From the NCBI GenBank assembly GCA_964035575.1, contig OZ037842.1, forward strand, positions 682,001-746,000: a stretch of DNA of 64,000 bases. The letters are read 5' to 3'. Of this stretch, positions 35,168-47,100 are shown piece by piece. The notes beneath the pieces were generated by a model. That model was not told the DNA's origin. It did not search any database and saw nothing but the letters and a program-made list of their open reading frames with translations. The DNA is from Rhynchopus sp. YZ270_cl-10. Lineage: Eukaryota. The stretch's first letter is position 1; each line of letters begins with the position of its first letter. Both the position numbers and the translations under genes were made by a program.

Positions 35168-36433
35168 TTAGAGTTTGTGAAGTGCAGGTGCACGGACAAT
35201 GCACTTCATCTCGACTGCGATGGGTGTGGGGAGGTTTCTGACTGCCATGGTGGTGCGGGCTGGCTGGCTCATATGGAAGTTCTTTCTGTAGATCTCTTCG
35301 AATCCTTCGTAGTCACGCTCCATGTTGATGAGGTAGCACTGCATGTCCACGACGTCGTTCAGCGACGCACCGCACGACTCAAGCACAACACGGATGTTGT
35401 CGATCGTCGCCTGCGTCTGCTTGCGCACATCGTAGTCGTTCGGGGTCCCATCTGCGTTCACAATCGGGCCACCTGGCACAGTGTTTGTCTTCGGATCCCT
35501 CGGACCCATCCCACTCACGAACACAAACTGTCCAAACAAACGCGCATGAGGGTACGCCCCAACCGGCTTCGGTGCCTTGCTTGCCCGGAACACCTGCGCA
35601 TCTTGAATGACAATCTTGCTGTCAGGTGCCCGCACAATGCACTTCATCTCGACCGCAATAGGGGTCGGCAGTGCGCGGATCGAGAAGGTTGTGCGTGTAG
35701 CGGCAACTCCTTCGAAGCCTTTTTTGTAGGCAGCGTTGAAGTCTTTGAAGTCACGCTTCATGTCAACAAGGAAGCAGTTGCAGTCGATGATGTCCTCGAA
35801 GCGCGCGCCGCACGACTCAATAACCCTGCGGATGTTGTTGATTGTCGCTGTCGTCTGCACGCCTGCATCGTAGGTAGACTCTGTGATAGGCCCCCCCGGC
35901 ACGCTGGTTGAGTTCTTCGGATCTCGGGGACCCATCCCGGAGATGAAGATCAGATCACCATAGCGTACTGCATGCGGGTATGCCCCGACTGGGAGGGGTG
36001 CGTTCTTTGCACGCACGATGGTGGGGATGTGGGGGGAGGCGGGTGCGCGGGCGATGACTTTGAATTCAACAAGCTGCTTGGGGACGGTGAGGCCACGTAC
36101 AGCGATGGTGGTGCGGGTGGGTGTTGCGCCAGCCATGCCCTCGCTGTACGCTTTGTTAAAAGATTTGAAGTCGCGCCCCATCTCCACCAAGAAGCATTGA
36201 CAATCAATCATGTCTCCCCACGACGCACCGCACCCCTCCAAGGTACGTCTAAGCAGGCTAATCACGTCGCGTGTCTGCGTGTAGACATCGTCGCTTGTCA
36301 CACCACTCCCATCCTCACGGATCGGCCCAATCCCAGACAAACACAACAAATCTCCGTATTTACGTGCATGAGGATACGCGGTGCACCCACCGTGCACCGT
36401 GTACTGCGGGATTCTAGCCAAATGGGAGCTCAT
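35168..36433 (-). CDS. RidA/YjgF/UK114-family deaminase with three tandem domains
   Basis: The pattern AYPHA..[YF]G....SG.GP...QT...I...LE.CGA...D..D..C[FY]L..M.RD[FY]...RTT..[VI]R.L...VE.K occurs three times; C-terminus is HKL. Confidence 0.9.
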   Translation of the reverse strand: MSSHLARIPQYTVHGGCTAYPHARKYGDLLCLSGIGPIREDGSGVTSDDVYTQTRDVISLLRRTLEGCGASWGDMIDCQCFLVEMGRDFKSFNKAYSEGMAGATPTRTTIAVRGLTVPKQLVEFKVIARAPASPHIPTIVRAKNAPLPVGAYPHAVRYGDLIFISGMGPRDPKNSTSVPGGPITESTYDAGVQTTATINNIRRVIESCGARFEDIIDCNCFLVDMKRDFKDFNAAYKKGFEGVAATRTTFSIRALPTPIAVEMKCIVRAPDSKIVIQDAQVFRASKAPKPVGAYPHARLFGQFVFVSGMGPRDPKTNTVPGGPIVNADGTPNDYDVRKQTQATIDNIRVVLESCGASLNDVVDMQCYLINMERDYEGFEEIYRKNFHMSQPARTTMAVRNLPTPIAVEMKCIVRAPALHKL

Positions 36434-36908
36434 AGTATGATTTGGTGTGGTTCTGTTTGGGGGTTTTTTGGGTGTTTTTTGGGTGTTTTTTGGGTGTTTT
36501 TTGGGGTGGGGTTGGGGATTGGAAGGGAGAGGATGTGAGAGAGGGGAGACAAAAAAACAGAATTTTTTTTTTCGTTTTCCCTACGTTGTCCCCCAAAAGT
36601 GGTGCGGTTTTGTTACTATTGTGCATTTTGAAACATGCGGGAGGAAAAAAAAGTGTCCAGAGGTCCGGAGACGTTTTTTAAAAGTTTATAATTATTGAGG
36701 ATATATTTGCAAGGGGGTTGGCCCTGTGCAAAAATGTCTTCTTCTCTCTCGTTTTTTAAAAAGGTGCACAGAAAAGACTCGAATGGTCAGAAAATTAGTT
36801 GAAAGATGGTTTCATTGTCTATTCTATTGAATAGAAGGTATAATAGGGTGCGCTAAATGTACCCTGGAAGATGGATAATGTCATTACACATCTTGAGAGA
36901 TGGTTTTT

Positions 36909-37792
36909 GTGAACCAAGGCACTTGGCCACCTTTGATCACAATCGAGAAAAAGCCGAGATGATCTAATGTAGTCACCTCTGAAAGGCACGCGTAGTTCTT
37001 CGGATACATCGTGGGGCACATGAAGATGAGATAATATCATAAGACAAAGGTTGTAAGAGAGATGCAATGTGCCCCACGGAGACAAAGACAAAGACTCCAG
37101 CAAACTTGGTCTAACCCCAATACAGAGAAATGTTGTGCTACGGTGCACAACGTTTGGTTGCACAGAAACAGACATTTCAACAAAAAACAAAACAAAAAAA
37201 AAAGTTTGTGAGATTACCTAAACAGGTTAGTCACCTTTTTAAAACAATCTAAATTTTTGTGTAAAAAAATCAAAAAGGCCCCCTAGAAACCTGTCGGTAT
37301 ATTACTCCCGAAGGGTGCAATTTGTACATTAAAATTACAGGTATTTTTTTCCGTCATATTTTTTTTTGGTCCGCAAAGTGGAAAAACAAAAAAAACAAAA
37401 AAACTCACACCTCACCGAGTGAAAATACAAATTTGGAAAAACGTCGGTCGCTCAAATGGTACAGAAACACCGTTTTTTTTTTTTTTTTTTTCAATTCCCC
37501 CTTTTTTCTCCCCCATCCACAGATATGTGGCCCAACTTTTCTACAGAAGATACCCACTCTGCGTGTATCAGTATCGGAAAATCACCTGCGAAGACAATAG
37601 TTCTGTCTGAACAATGCCGCCCAAAAGTGATGATACTTGCAGACCCTTTTTATTTTTGAATTTTTGAATTTTTTTTTTCATTGTTGTTCGTTCCGTGCAA
37701 TGCAAGCATTTTAAGGGCGTAACAACAACTCATATGTACGTTGAAGAAAGGAAAAAAAAGGTAGGATGAACCTAAGCCTCACTTGGTCACCT
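36909..37792 (-). repeat. Cluster of four module-C hairpin copies in the dynein-RidA intergenic region
   Basis: 36909-36932 GTGAACCAAGGCACTTGGCCACCT; 36958-36978 GATGATCTAATGTAGTCACCT; 37212-37236 GATTACCTAAACAGGTTAGTCACCT; 37765-37792 GATGAACCTAAGCCTCACTTGGTCACCT. Confidence 0.6.
37010..37078. repeat. 12-bp perfect inverted repeat enclosing 45 bp (MITE-like)
   Basis: CGTGGGGCACAT (37010-37021) and ATGTGCCCCACG (37067-37078). Confidence 0.55.
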
Positions 37793-38192
37793 AATAAAAA
37801 GAAACGGCTTTGAGTGGTGAGCCCATAATAGAAGAAGAAGAGATGAATGCGTTTTGTGGACATAATTCATCATAAGAAAAGCAAAAGAAAGAAAAAAAAC
37901 GAAAGTGAAGTATAACGCTATGTACGGGCAACTCAAAAATGGATGCACGCACTTAAGCTGCTGAAACCCTCTTCGAGAATTTAAGTTTTACTTCAAAAAA
38001 AAAAAAACCGAAAACAAAAAAAAACAACAAAAGCAAACCCCAACCCAAAAGGTGTGTCGTGTGCAAGAGAAATTTATTTTGTCACACACCTCGAAAACCC
38101 ATTTTTTCCCCGTCCATTTTTTAACAAACCCCAAATCCTCAAAAAATAACCAAAAATCACCCCCCCCCTCCCTATGCCCCATGCTCCCATCT

Positions 38193-41100
38193 CTATTTCG
38201 GCTGCCACGCGTTCACAGCGCATCCCATCTGTAAAGAGATATAGATACATAAAAAATAACGAGAAAAATGCCACGATTACCACAAAAAAGAATTAGATTC
38301 AAGAAAAAAAGTTCAGATGAACCGCGATCCTGAGCCTCTCTCTCTCTCTCCCCTGCTCACTTTCAAAACAGAAAACCTAATATAAAAGCGCATACCTGGT
38401 ACCACTCGTGCGAAGGAACGTCTGGGCTGACTGGGAGGTCGAGCTTTGCAAGAAGCTCTGCACGCGACGGGTTGAGGTAGAGGGGGAGCTCCATGGAGTT
38501 CTTCGGGAGGGCGTGCGAGGTGTCCTTCTTCCACCAGAGGCGGTGCACGCCCATGGTGCTGCTGAGCTTGCCTTCGAGGAGCTCGAGACGGCCGCCGTTG
38601 ATATGGCACGACTGCAGGCCCATGCCCGAGATCAGGAACGACCCACCGTCCGCAGTGTTCTCCTCGCCCGACGACTCGCGTGTAATGTCCAACGACATAC
38701 GCAGCTTCTCCAAAGGGAACTTCAGCATACGCGCCACAGCCTGTCTCGTCGCAGTAATGAACGCACCCGGGAACAGAAGCAACCCAAGGTTGATCTCCCC
38801 AGACATGTACTGATTCGGTGCACGCCCAGCAAGCCCGCTCAAATGCTTGCACCGCAGCCCAAAGTCCGTGAACCACTGCCCCGCCGTCATGTTCCCCGGC
38901 ACAACATACTGCTTCCACTGCGGAGGAAGTGTGTCCTTGCTCAGCAGCCCCATCACCTCGCGCACGTTGTTCGTTGGCTTGTCCTCGCCCTGGCAGACGC
39001 GCACAACAGAGTCCAAATCGCGCTTGACAAGCTTGTACAGCTTCTGCGAGACGGCAACCTCGCGCTTGAGGGTTTGCACAATAGGGTTCGGGTTGTCTGT
39101 AAGGAGTGGAGGATGTGGAAGGAAGACTGGTGTATGTCTGTGCATTTGAGCAACGCAGTGTAAAGTGTAATTTTTTGAAAACAAAGAAGGTTTGAGTGTA
39201 CTCCCTTTCCAAAAGACGACTGTGTATATGAGGGGAGGCATGAGGACAATGATGGACATACCCCCCGACGGCGCGATGATGACCTCGTGCAGGGACGACT
39301 GTGCGACTTCGGAGATCTCGTTTTGCCATAGCTGTAGGTGTGTTGTTATGTAGCATTGACGTGTCCACAACGTTCACATTTTTGAACGACAGACTTGCAA
39401 AATGTTATGCAAAATTAACCCAGCAACAAAGGAGCACCCTTTGTAAAATGAGCGTGCTGAGCCACTTTGTGGTAAAATATAAACCAGGACATACCGTGAC
39501 CGACCCGAGCAGACGCCGAGCCCACTCTGGGACAAATATGCCCTCCTTTTTGGGCGAGCCTGGAGTGCCCTGCTTCTTGCCTTCCTCCTCGTCGTCGTCT
39601 TCTGGGTTCTCACCTGAGGCGAAGATGTCTGTGATCTTCACGAGGTCAACAAGCATCTTCTCGCCCTGCTGCTGTTGGATCATCTTCTGCGACTCGCCAG
39701 GCAGACCCAGCCACACAGGCGTCTGCGACGAAGGCATTTTCTTCACCCATGCCTCGAACGACTCCTCGTCGTGCCCATCAGGAATGGTCAGGGCCGCCTC
39801 GCCAGTACGCGACGGTGTGAGCGCGTAGTTGCTGGTGTAGCACTTCTCCGTGAAGAAGCGCGACAGGAAGGTGCGCACAAGCTTCTGATCGATGTCGTTG
39901 TCGATGCGTCCGCCGTAGACACTCTCGCCAAGAAGCGTGAACAGCGCCTTCCACGGCAGCGCGTCGGGCGACACGTTGGAGCGCCCGTCGGACACCTTGA
40001 CGACCCACTGGTCGATGGTGTCGATCGTGCGGATGAAGTCGCTCTCGGAGAACTCATACTTCTTGGCCCACCCAAGCGGTGAGTAGCGCAGACGCTCAAT
40101 GATGATCGCATGCAGCCATGCCGCAAGGAAGTGAAGACGCGGCAACTCCTTCGGCCCCTTCACGGCGCCCGACGTCGCCACCTTCGCTTTGTGCTTCTCG
40201 ATCGACCGCACAAGCGACGACTGCATTCCGTTGCTCGGCTCAAACACAAGAACATGAGAACGCACCAACAAGTTCGCAGGAAGCTTTGGACTAATCTCCG
40301 ACGTCAAGAACAAACGGAACGTCCTGCAAAGGGGTGGTGGTGGGGTAGGGCAGGGAGGAACAAATGATGCAGGGAAGATACAAGAAGTGGCCGATAGAGT
40401 TGTGCTTTGGAAGAAGAAGGAAAAAGGGGGAGTGGGGTGACATACGCGTTGCCCTTCTTCTCCAGCTGGGCGGCGTGTAGCTTCTTCTCAAGGGAGCTCA
40501 AGTACTGTGGTGTTGAAGTGGATTGAATAAGCCCTTAGGTGATTCTTCACAATATATTTTCTCCAAAAGTTTGCACACAAAAAACACTCGCGGTTATATG
40601 CTAGCTGTCTCTGTTTCTGTCTTTTGTTGCAAAGAAACAAACAACCAAAACAATTAACCTGAGCCTCTCATGCTTAGTCACCTGAAATAAAAGTCAAAAA
40701 AGAACACAAACCTGCGGGGAAAGATGCACGTTCTTGAGGAGCAGCCACTCACCTTCGCTGAGACCGTAGAACAACGCCTTGTCAGCCTCGTTGTAGCCCT
40801 CTGGGGAGCCCATAGCAATCTCCTTCAGCTTTGTCTTCTTTTGCTTGGCCAGGTCCTGCACGCGGTCTGAGGCATCAAACCCAGGTGCAGAGCACAGCAG
40901 CATCGGCGTGAAGGGGTCCGCCTGTAAAGGGATGGGGGTTTTTCCAAAACGTCAAAAAAAAAAAGATCCATCAGCCTCATGGTGTTTGGCCACCTTGATC
41001 ACAATCGATGTCGTGCACAGCTTTGCACAAAGGGGGTTATGGGGTGATGTGGTTTCATAAAAGGAATGCTTGACCATACCTTGTCCGATATGTCCAGCAG

Positions 41101-44100
41101 AGACGGCTCACCCACGGCAAGGATCGGACGCTGCGGGACCGCAGTCTGGATGGATGCGGTGATGTTGTCGAACACCTCGCGGATCACCTTCTTCGAGCTC
41201 GAGATGATGACGTCCGGTCTGAACACCTTCATCACCAGCATCTCCTTCATGGCCTGCGTGATTGGGTGCTGCTTTTCGCGGGAGAAGTTCGGGATTTCAT
41301 CAACAGGCTCTGCCGCCTTGAGCAGCTTCCCCCAGGAGGAGGTCTTGCTGTTGATAGAGTCGCGCACATCCTCCATGGACGGGAGTGAACACATGTGTTC
41401 CAGCATTTCGACCTGCTTCTTTTCCATGCCATCGGGCACGTTCATGCTGGAGGAGAGGTGTGTACGTGTCGTCGCTGTCAGGAAGTCCCACATTTCGGGT
41501 GTGATAGGCTCCAGCTTTTCTCCCTTGAGTTGGAGACGAACCTGGCAGAGACGGAGGCCCAGGGTGAGGTGGTCACATTGAAGCATGCCACGGCTGACCT
41601 TGTCGAATGTGGTGACAAAGAGCTGACGGAGGATCATATCACGGCGTGCATCCGATGTCTTGCCTTGCTTCTCGTTTGCAGGGAGGATGCCGTCTGAGTC
41701 GACCAACACCTGATGCAAAATCTCCATGAAGTGTGCCAAAGAAAACTGATACAACGGATTCAAATCCGGCAGCTGCTGCAACATGAAGTACAGCTTTGAC
41801 GACCCATCTGCGACACTGCGGAACTGCTTCTCCACCTTCTTGATGGAGTCCATCGTTTCATCCGTCTTCTCAAGCTTCTCCTTCACCTCCGTTGTCGTCT
41901 GCTTGAGGACCTCAAGCTGCTTGATCAAAGCATCGTTCTCCAGGATGTTGCCCTGCGCCTTGCTGATCTCCTCCAACAGCTGCTGTTCCAGCATCCTCTG
42001 CTTCATGAGGTACTCTCCTTGCGCCTTCAGCATTTCAGACCGCTTTTCTTCGATATCCGGACGCTCCACCTTCAGGGTGTGATGGAGACACTGCGAGGTG
42101 AGAGATCCGGGGGTAACGGTGAAGTTCGCGAATGTGACACGCCCACACAGATCGGGGGCGAACTGGAAGGTTGGGTCTCTTGTGGAAAGGAAGATCTTAA
42201 AGGTTGGGGACAGGTCGATGCTCTGCTCTCCGAGACGAATAAGGGTACGCCCGCCTTGACGTGAGACCTCTTTGTTGAGGATGGGGTTCATGATCGGATC
42301 GATGCACTCCACATCCTGCACGAGCAGGGGGTATCCGAAACGCAGTGACGTCTCCAGAGCCTTCATGAATCCGTCCTCGAGGAACGATGTCTTCGCAATG
42401 TGCTTGTCCTTGTACTGCGTCATCAAGAACGACACAGCCATGCCAGACGGATCAATCATCAGAGGGTACCTCTGGAAGCGTGAGAGGATAATCGCGTTCT
42501 CGACGTACAGCTCATCTGGGGGGAGACCGTTGGCCTGCCACTCAAGGCGGTCGGCAGGCTTGCTCAGGTACTCTTGCAGGGAGAGATGCTTCTTGTAAAG
42601 GATCTTGCGTTCCTTCAGTGTCTTCATCCACTTCGGGAGAATGACACTGCGTCTGTTGTGGTCGTCAAAGTAGCCGTTGTAGGCAAGGAACCCACCCGCC
42701 AGCAGACAGTCGCCCACCACAGTGGTGATCTGCTTTGTGAAGTTCTTCTTCTCCTCCTCCCATCGGGTCTGCTCCGAGGATAGCGACCCGAGAAGCTTTT
42801 CGGAACGTTCGCACTTCACAGAGGTGTCCTTCATCTGGATCTTGAGCTGTTCAGCTTGCGCCGTGAGACTGCTGAACTGCTCCTCCATCTTGACAACGTT
42901 CTTCTTCAGCTCTGCGATGCGTGAGGTTGTTACCTCGAGCTCCTTCACAGTTGTCTCCTTCTTGGAGTTCAGCATTTCAATCTTCTTTGTGAGTGGTGCA
43001 ATTCTTGTGAGAATCTTTGCGTATTCGAGCTGAGCCGTGCTCCAGTCGAAGAGAGGTCCACATGCGCGACTTGCCTTATGTGCTGCTTCCTTGTTGAACT
43101 TCGGCTCTGCCAGGTACTTCTCCACCCCAGCCTCCGCATCCTCCTTGATCTTCGTCGAGTCGAAGTTGACCAGCTCCTTGAGGAAGCCCTCCTTGTTCAT
43201 CATCTCCTTGATGCCACGCCAGTCCTTCACCTTGCGGCCAATCAAGACAGACACCATCTCCATCACCTTGCGCACAGTCTCCGGAGGGTTCGTGTACGCC
43301 CTGATCTCCTTGATGTCTTGGTCGGGGATCGAGGACACGCTCTTCTTGGCCTTCTCCAGCGCAGGCTTCGCCTTGGACAGGTCCTGTTCGGCCTTCTCAG
43401 TCTCCTCGTCGATAATGATCTGTTCGGAGCTAAGCTTCTTCTCCATCTCAGTCGCCTTGTCCTGTTCGTGTCCTGCCTTGACCTGGTCGATCTTGAGCTG
43501 CTCCATCGCCGCATGCTGCTCCTTCTGCACCTCCTTCAAGTGCTTCTCCTTCTTCTGCAGGTCTGCTTTAAGGATGTTCACCTGCGACGTCGTGTCGTCA
43601 AGCTTCTGCAGACCGTGGTTAAGATGCATTTGCTGGTCCAGCACCTGCTCACGCTTCTCCTTGTAGGTGATCTTGAACTGGTGGATGAAGTCCAGGTAGT
43701 GCCTCGGTGTGATGAAGGTACCGCGGCCCGCACCCTTGCGCTTCAGCTTGTCGTTCACGCCGTTCACGTGGTGGTGAATCTTCACAATCGAGGAGACCAA
43801 GGCAAGCTGTGCCTCGTCGATCGTCTTGAACGCAGGCTTGACCTTGTCCTGCGACTCCATGAGGTCGAGCGTCTGTGTGTACTCCTTCGCAACCTGCTCC
43901 AAGGCAGAGTCCGACCACTCACCGAACCAGTCGATGGTGCATCTGTTGAACAGTGCGGGTGACGTCTGGCAACGGTTGTGGAAGTCGGGCGAGTTGGGGT
44001 TCATGGTGAAGATAACGTGGAGGTTGGTCTGCACCTGTGACACGAACCACTTGTACATCTGGTGCTTGTCCGACGTGTCGACGACACGCGCACCAGGCTG

Positions 44101-47100
44101 CGAGTTGATGCCCTCACGCGCCTGCTGGATGAGCTGGTCGTGCTCCTGGCCCTCAAAGAGCCCGGGCACCTCTCCGCTGGCCAGCAGTGCGTTCATGTAC
44201 TCAAGGAATCCGCTGTTCATGACGTTGCTTTCGTCGAAGATGAAGCAGATCTTCTCGCCCTTGCAACCCGCACGCTTCAAGACAGTGCGCAGGTCCTCCT
44301 CAAAGTCTGTGATGGTGTAGCCTCTGTGCGCCTTGATCTGGAAGATGCTCATGCCAGAGTGCCAGGCAACGAACTTCGACAGAACGGTCTTGCCCGCACC
44401 AGCAACACCGACAAGGAGCATGTGCCCGAGGGGCTGTCTGATGATGCGGTCGATGCGCAGGATGTGGTCCAGCACAGAGTCGAACACGACGAGCTGCACG
44501 TCCATCTCTTCCTCGGCAAAGACCTTCAGCTTGCCTTGGATGTGGCTGCGCAGCTCCTCCTGGTCGTTGCAGATGTACTCCTTGCTCAGGAACGTCGAGT
44601 ACAGCATCGGGCGTGCACAGGCCACAGTCGGGTCGATCTCGGTGAAGTGGTCCTTGAAAGCCTGGTCGATCTCCTCGTCTGTCCAGTCCTTCTCCTCGTC
44701 CAGCAGAAGACGGTCGCGGAACAGACGCAGTCCCTCGTGGATGGCAAGCTTTACAAGGTCGTTCACCTTGAGCGCCTGCTTCGACGGGAACGTCAGACTC
44801 TCAATTCCCTCGTGCACGGCACGCGTCCACCTCGACAGCTCACGCGGCGAGTACACGTAATGCGCCTGCATCTCGGGGGTGAAGTGCCGCTGCGAGCTCT
44901 CATAGAACTGCACCATCGCGTTCGCCAGTTGGTCACCGAACTGACGCAGCTGGTTGATCGGCTTCAGGAAGGCCCTGCAGAACGTACCGTAGATCATCTC
45001 AAGCGACGGCTTCGATGGGAAGTCGACAAAGAGCAGTGGTGCGAAGCGCAGGAAACGATGCGTCAGCGGCACACGTCCAGGGTCTGTCGGCGGGTTGCAC
45101 GCACCAGCGAACTGCACTCTCTGCAACGTCACCCACTGCATGTCGCCATTCGGGCCCTGCCTGTAGAATCCACTGCGCTCCACAAGCTGCCTGAGCAGTG
45201 AGATGACACGCTGTGTGCCGTAGTTGTCGGTGGCGGGCAGGTTGCACTCGTCGCAGAAGATGACGATCCACTTGCCTGGTGTGGCAGGCTTGAGGACAGG
45301 TCCTGTCGAGGTCTGCACAGTAGTGAAGGAGGGGTGCTCGAATGTTTTGAGGATCATCTGGGGGTTCGACCCAGACGAGAAGTTGAGGAAGATGGGCTCG
45401 TAGTCCGTCAGGCGGCGCAGCACACTTGTGAGTGTCATGGTCTTGCCAGACCCAGGCGGCCCGCAGAACAGCATAGGACGGTGTGCCTGCAGCCAGCTGA
45501 GCACAACCTCCTCGTGGCGCACAGTGTCGACGGTCGCAATAATCACGTCGTTCGTACCCACCTTGTTTGCAGGGATGTCGACCTGCACCACGTCACGGCT
45601 CCACGGCGACCAGTCCGCATCGTCAAGCAGCACATTGAAGTCAAGCAAGTCACCCGGTGGTAGGTGGCTCCCCAGCCCGCAGTCACGGATGATATCAACA
45701 AGCTTCGCACAGAACTGCGTACGTCTGATGAAGTTGCACGCACCACCCAACGCCCACGCAAGGGACATAATCAAACGACGTGGTGCAAACTTGTCCATGT
45801 TCTCCTGCAGGTAGGGGAACTCCGGTGGGTGGTTCGCGTTGTAGTCAAGGATGTCCTGCAGACCCTTGTTGATCATGCTGAACATGCCTCCGAGGTACTG
45901 GTTAGAGTCCCACTCCATGATGGTGTGCTCCTTCAGCTCCTCTTCTGCCACCTCCACGGCACGGTCCACCAGGTTGCCCTTCTTGAAGTACTGCTCAATC
46001 AGCTTCACGAAGGACTGCTGCGTCTCGAGGTCGGAGTCGTCGGCACCTGCACCAAAGCTACCTCCTGTACCTGAGTCCTTGCTGGCCTGGCTCTTCAGGC
46101 TTGTCTCGTACTTATGCGTGCTTGTCAGAGGCTCGCATGGGCGGATGAGGTGCTCAAGGCTCTTGGAGTGCACAGAGTTGATGTAGTGGTGCAACGTCAT
46201 GGACACCGTGCACACATCCTCGCTGAACCACACCATACCGCAGCGGCTCACTGTCGCGAGTGTGGCGTACTTGAGGTCCTGCACCTCGAACATGATGCGC
46301 ACGTTGCGTGGGAGCGTCAGACGTTCGCCGTTTGGCAGCGTCAGCAGTCTGTTGTCGTCAAGCAGCGAGTTCAGGTTCTCAACCCACTCAGGGTCAACAT
46401 CACCGTCGAAGATGATCCAGTGGATCTTGTTCGCCTCGTCCGAGGAGGAGTTGTCAACAATGCGACGCATGATGCTTGTGAACACACCGTCGGACCAGTC
46501 GCGGGTGGTCTGGTCCAGGTTTCCGTACAGCTCTGCCTTTGTGAGCGCCTTCGGGTCGATGACGTGCGCAATACCCTCCTTCTTCTCCATGCGTGCCATG
46601 GCGATGAGGAGCGTCTGCCACGCGTTCGTCTTTCCACTGCAACTGGGCCCCACCAGCATGAGACCGTGGTGGATGGACTGGATCTGGTGCACCTGGAGCA
46701 CCTTGTCCAGCCACGTCTGCTCGCATACGAGGTTCGTCTCCTGGCACACCTTCTTGATGTGTCCGATGAGCTCCTCCCGGCCCTGCTCCTTCAGCTCCAC
46801 ACCGGGGAAGACGTCGCGCGTGAGCGAGTGGAAGAGCTGGATGTCCTCGGCAACAAGCTTCGGCACGATGGTCTTCGTCACACTCTTGAGGAGGATCTCG
46901 TTCTCCTCCTCTGCGGAGAGCACCTCGGTACCCTTCTCCTCGCGCTTCATGTTGCCTGCATTCACGAGGGTGCTCTTCAGAGCTCTCAGCCCAAAGTCGT
47001 AGTGGCCTTGGGGACTGAGCTGGTCCTTGCAGAGCTGGAACAGCGGAACGATCTTCTTTGCAAGAAGCTGTGCGATCTGGAACCCCTGAGAGAAGAGCAT

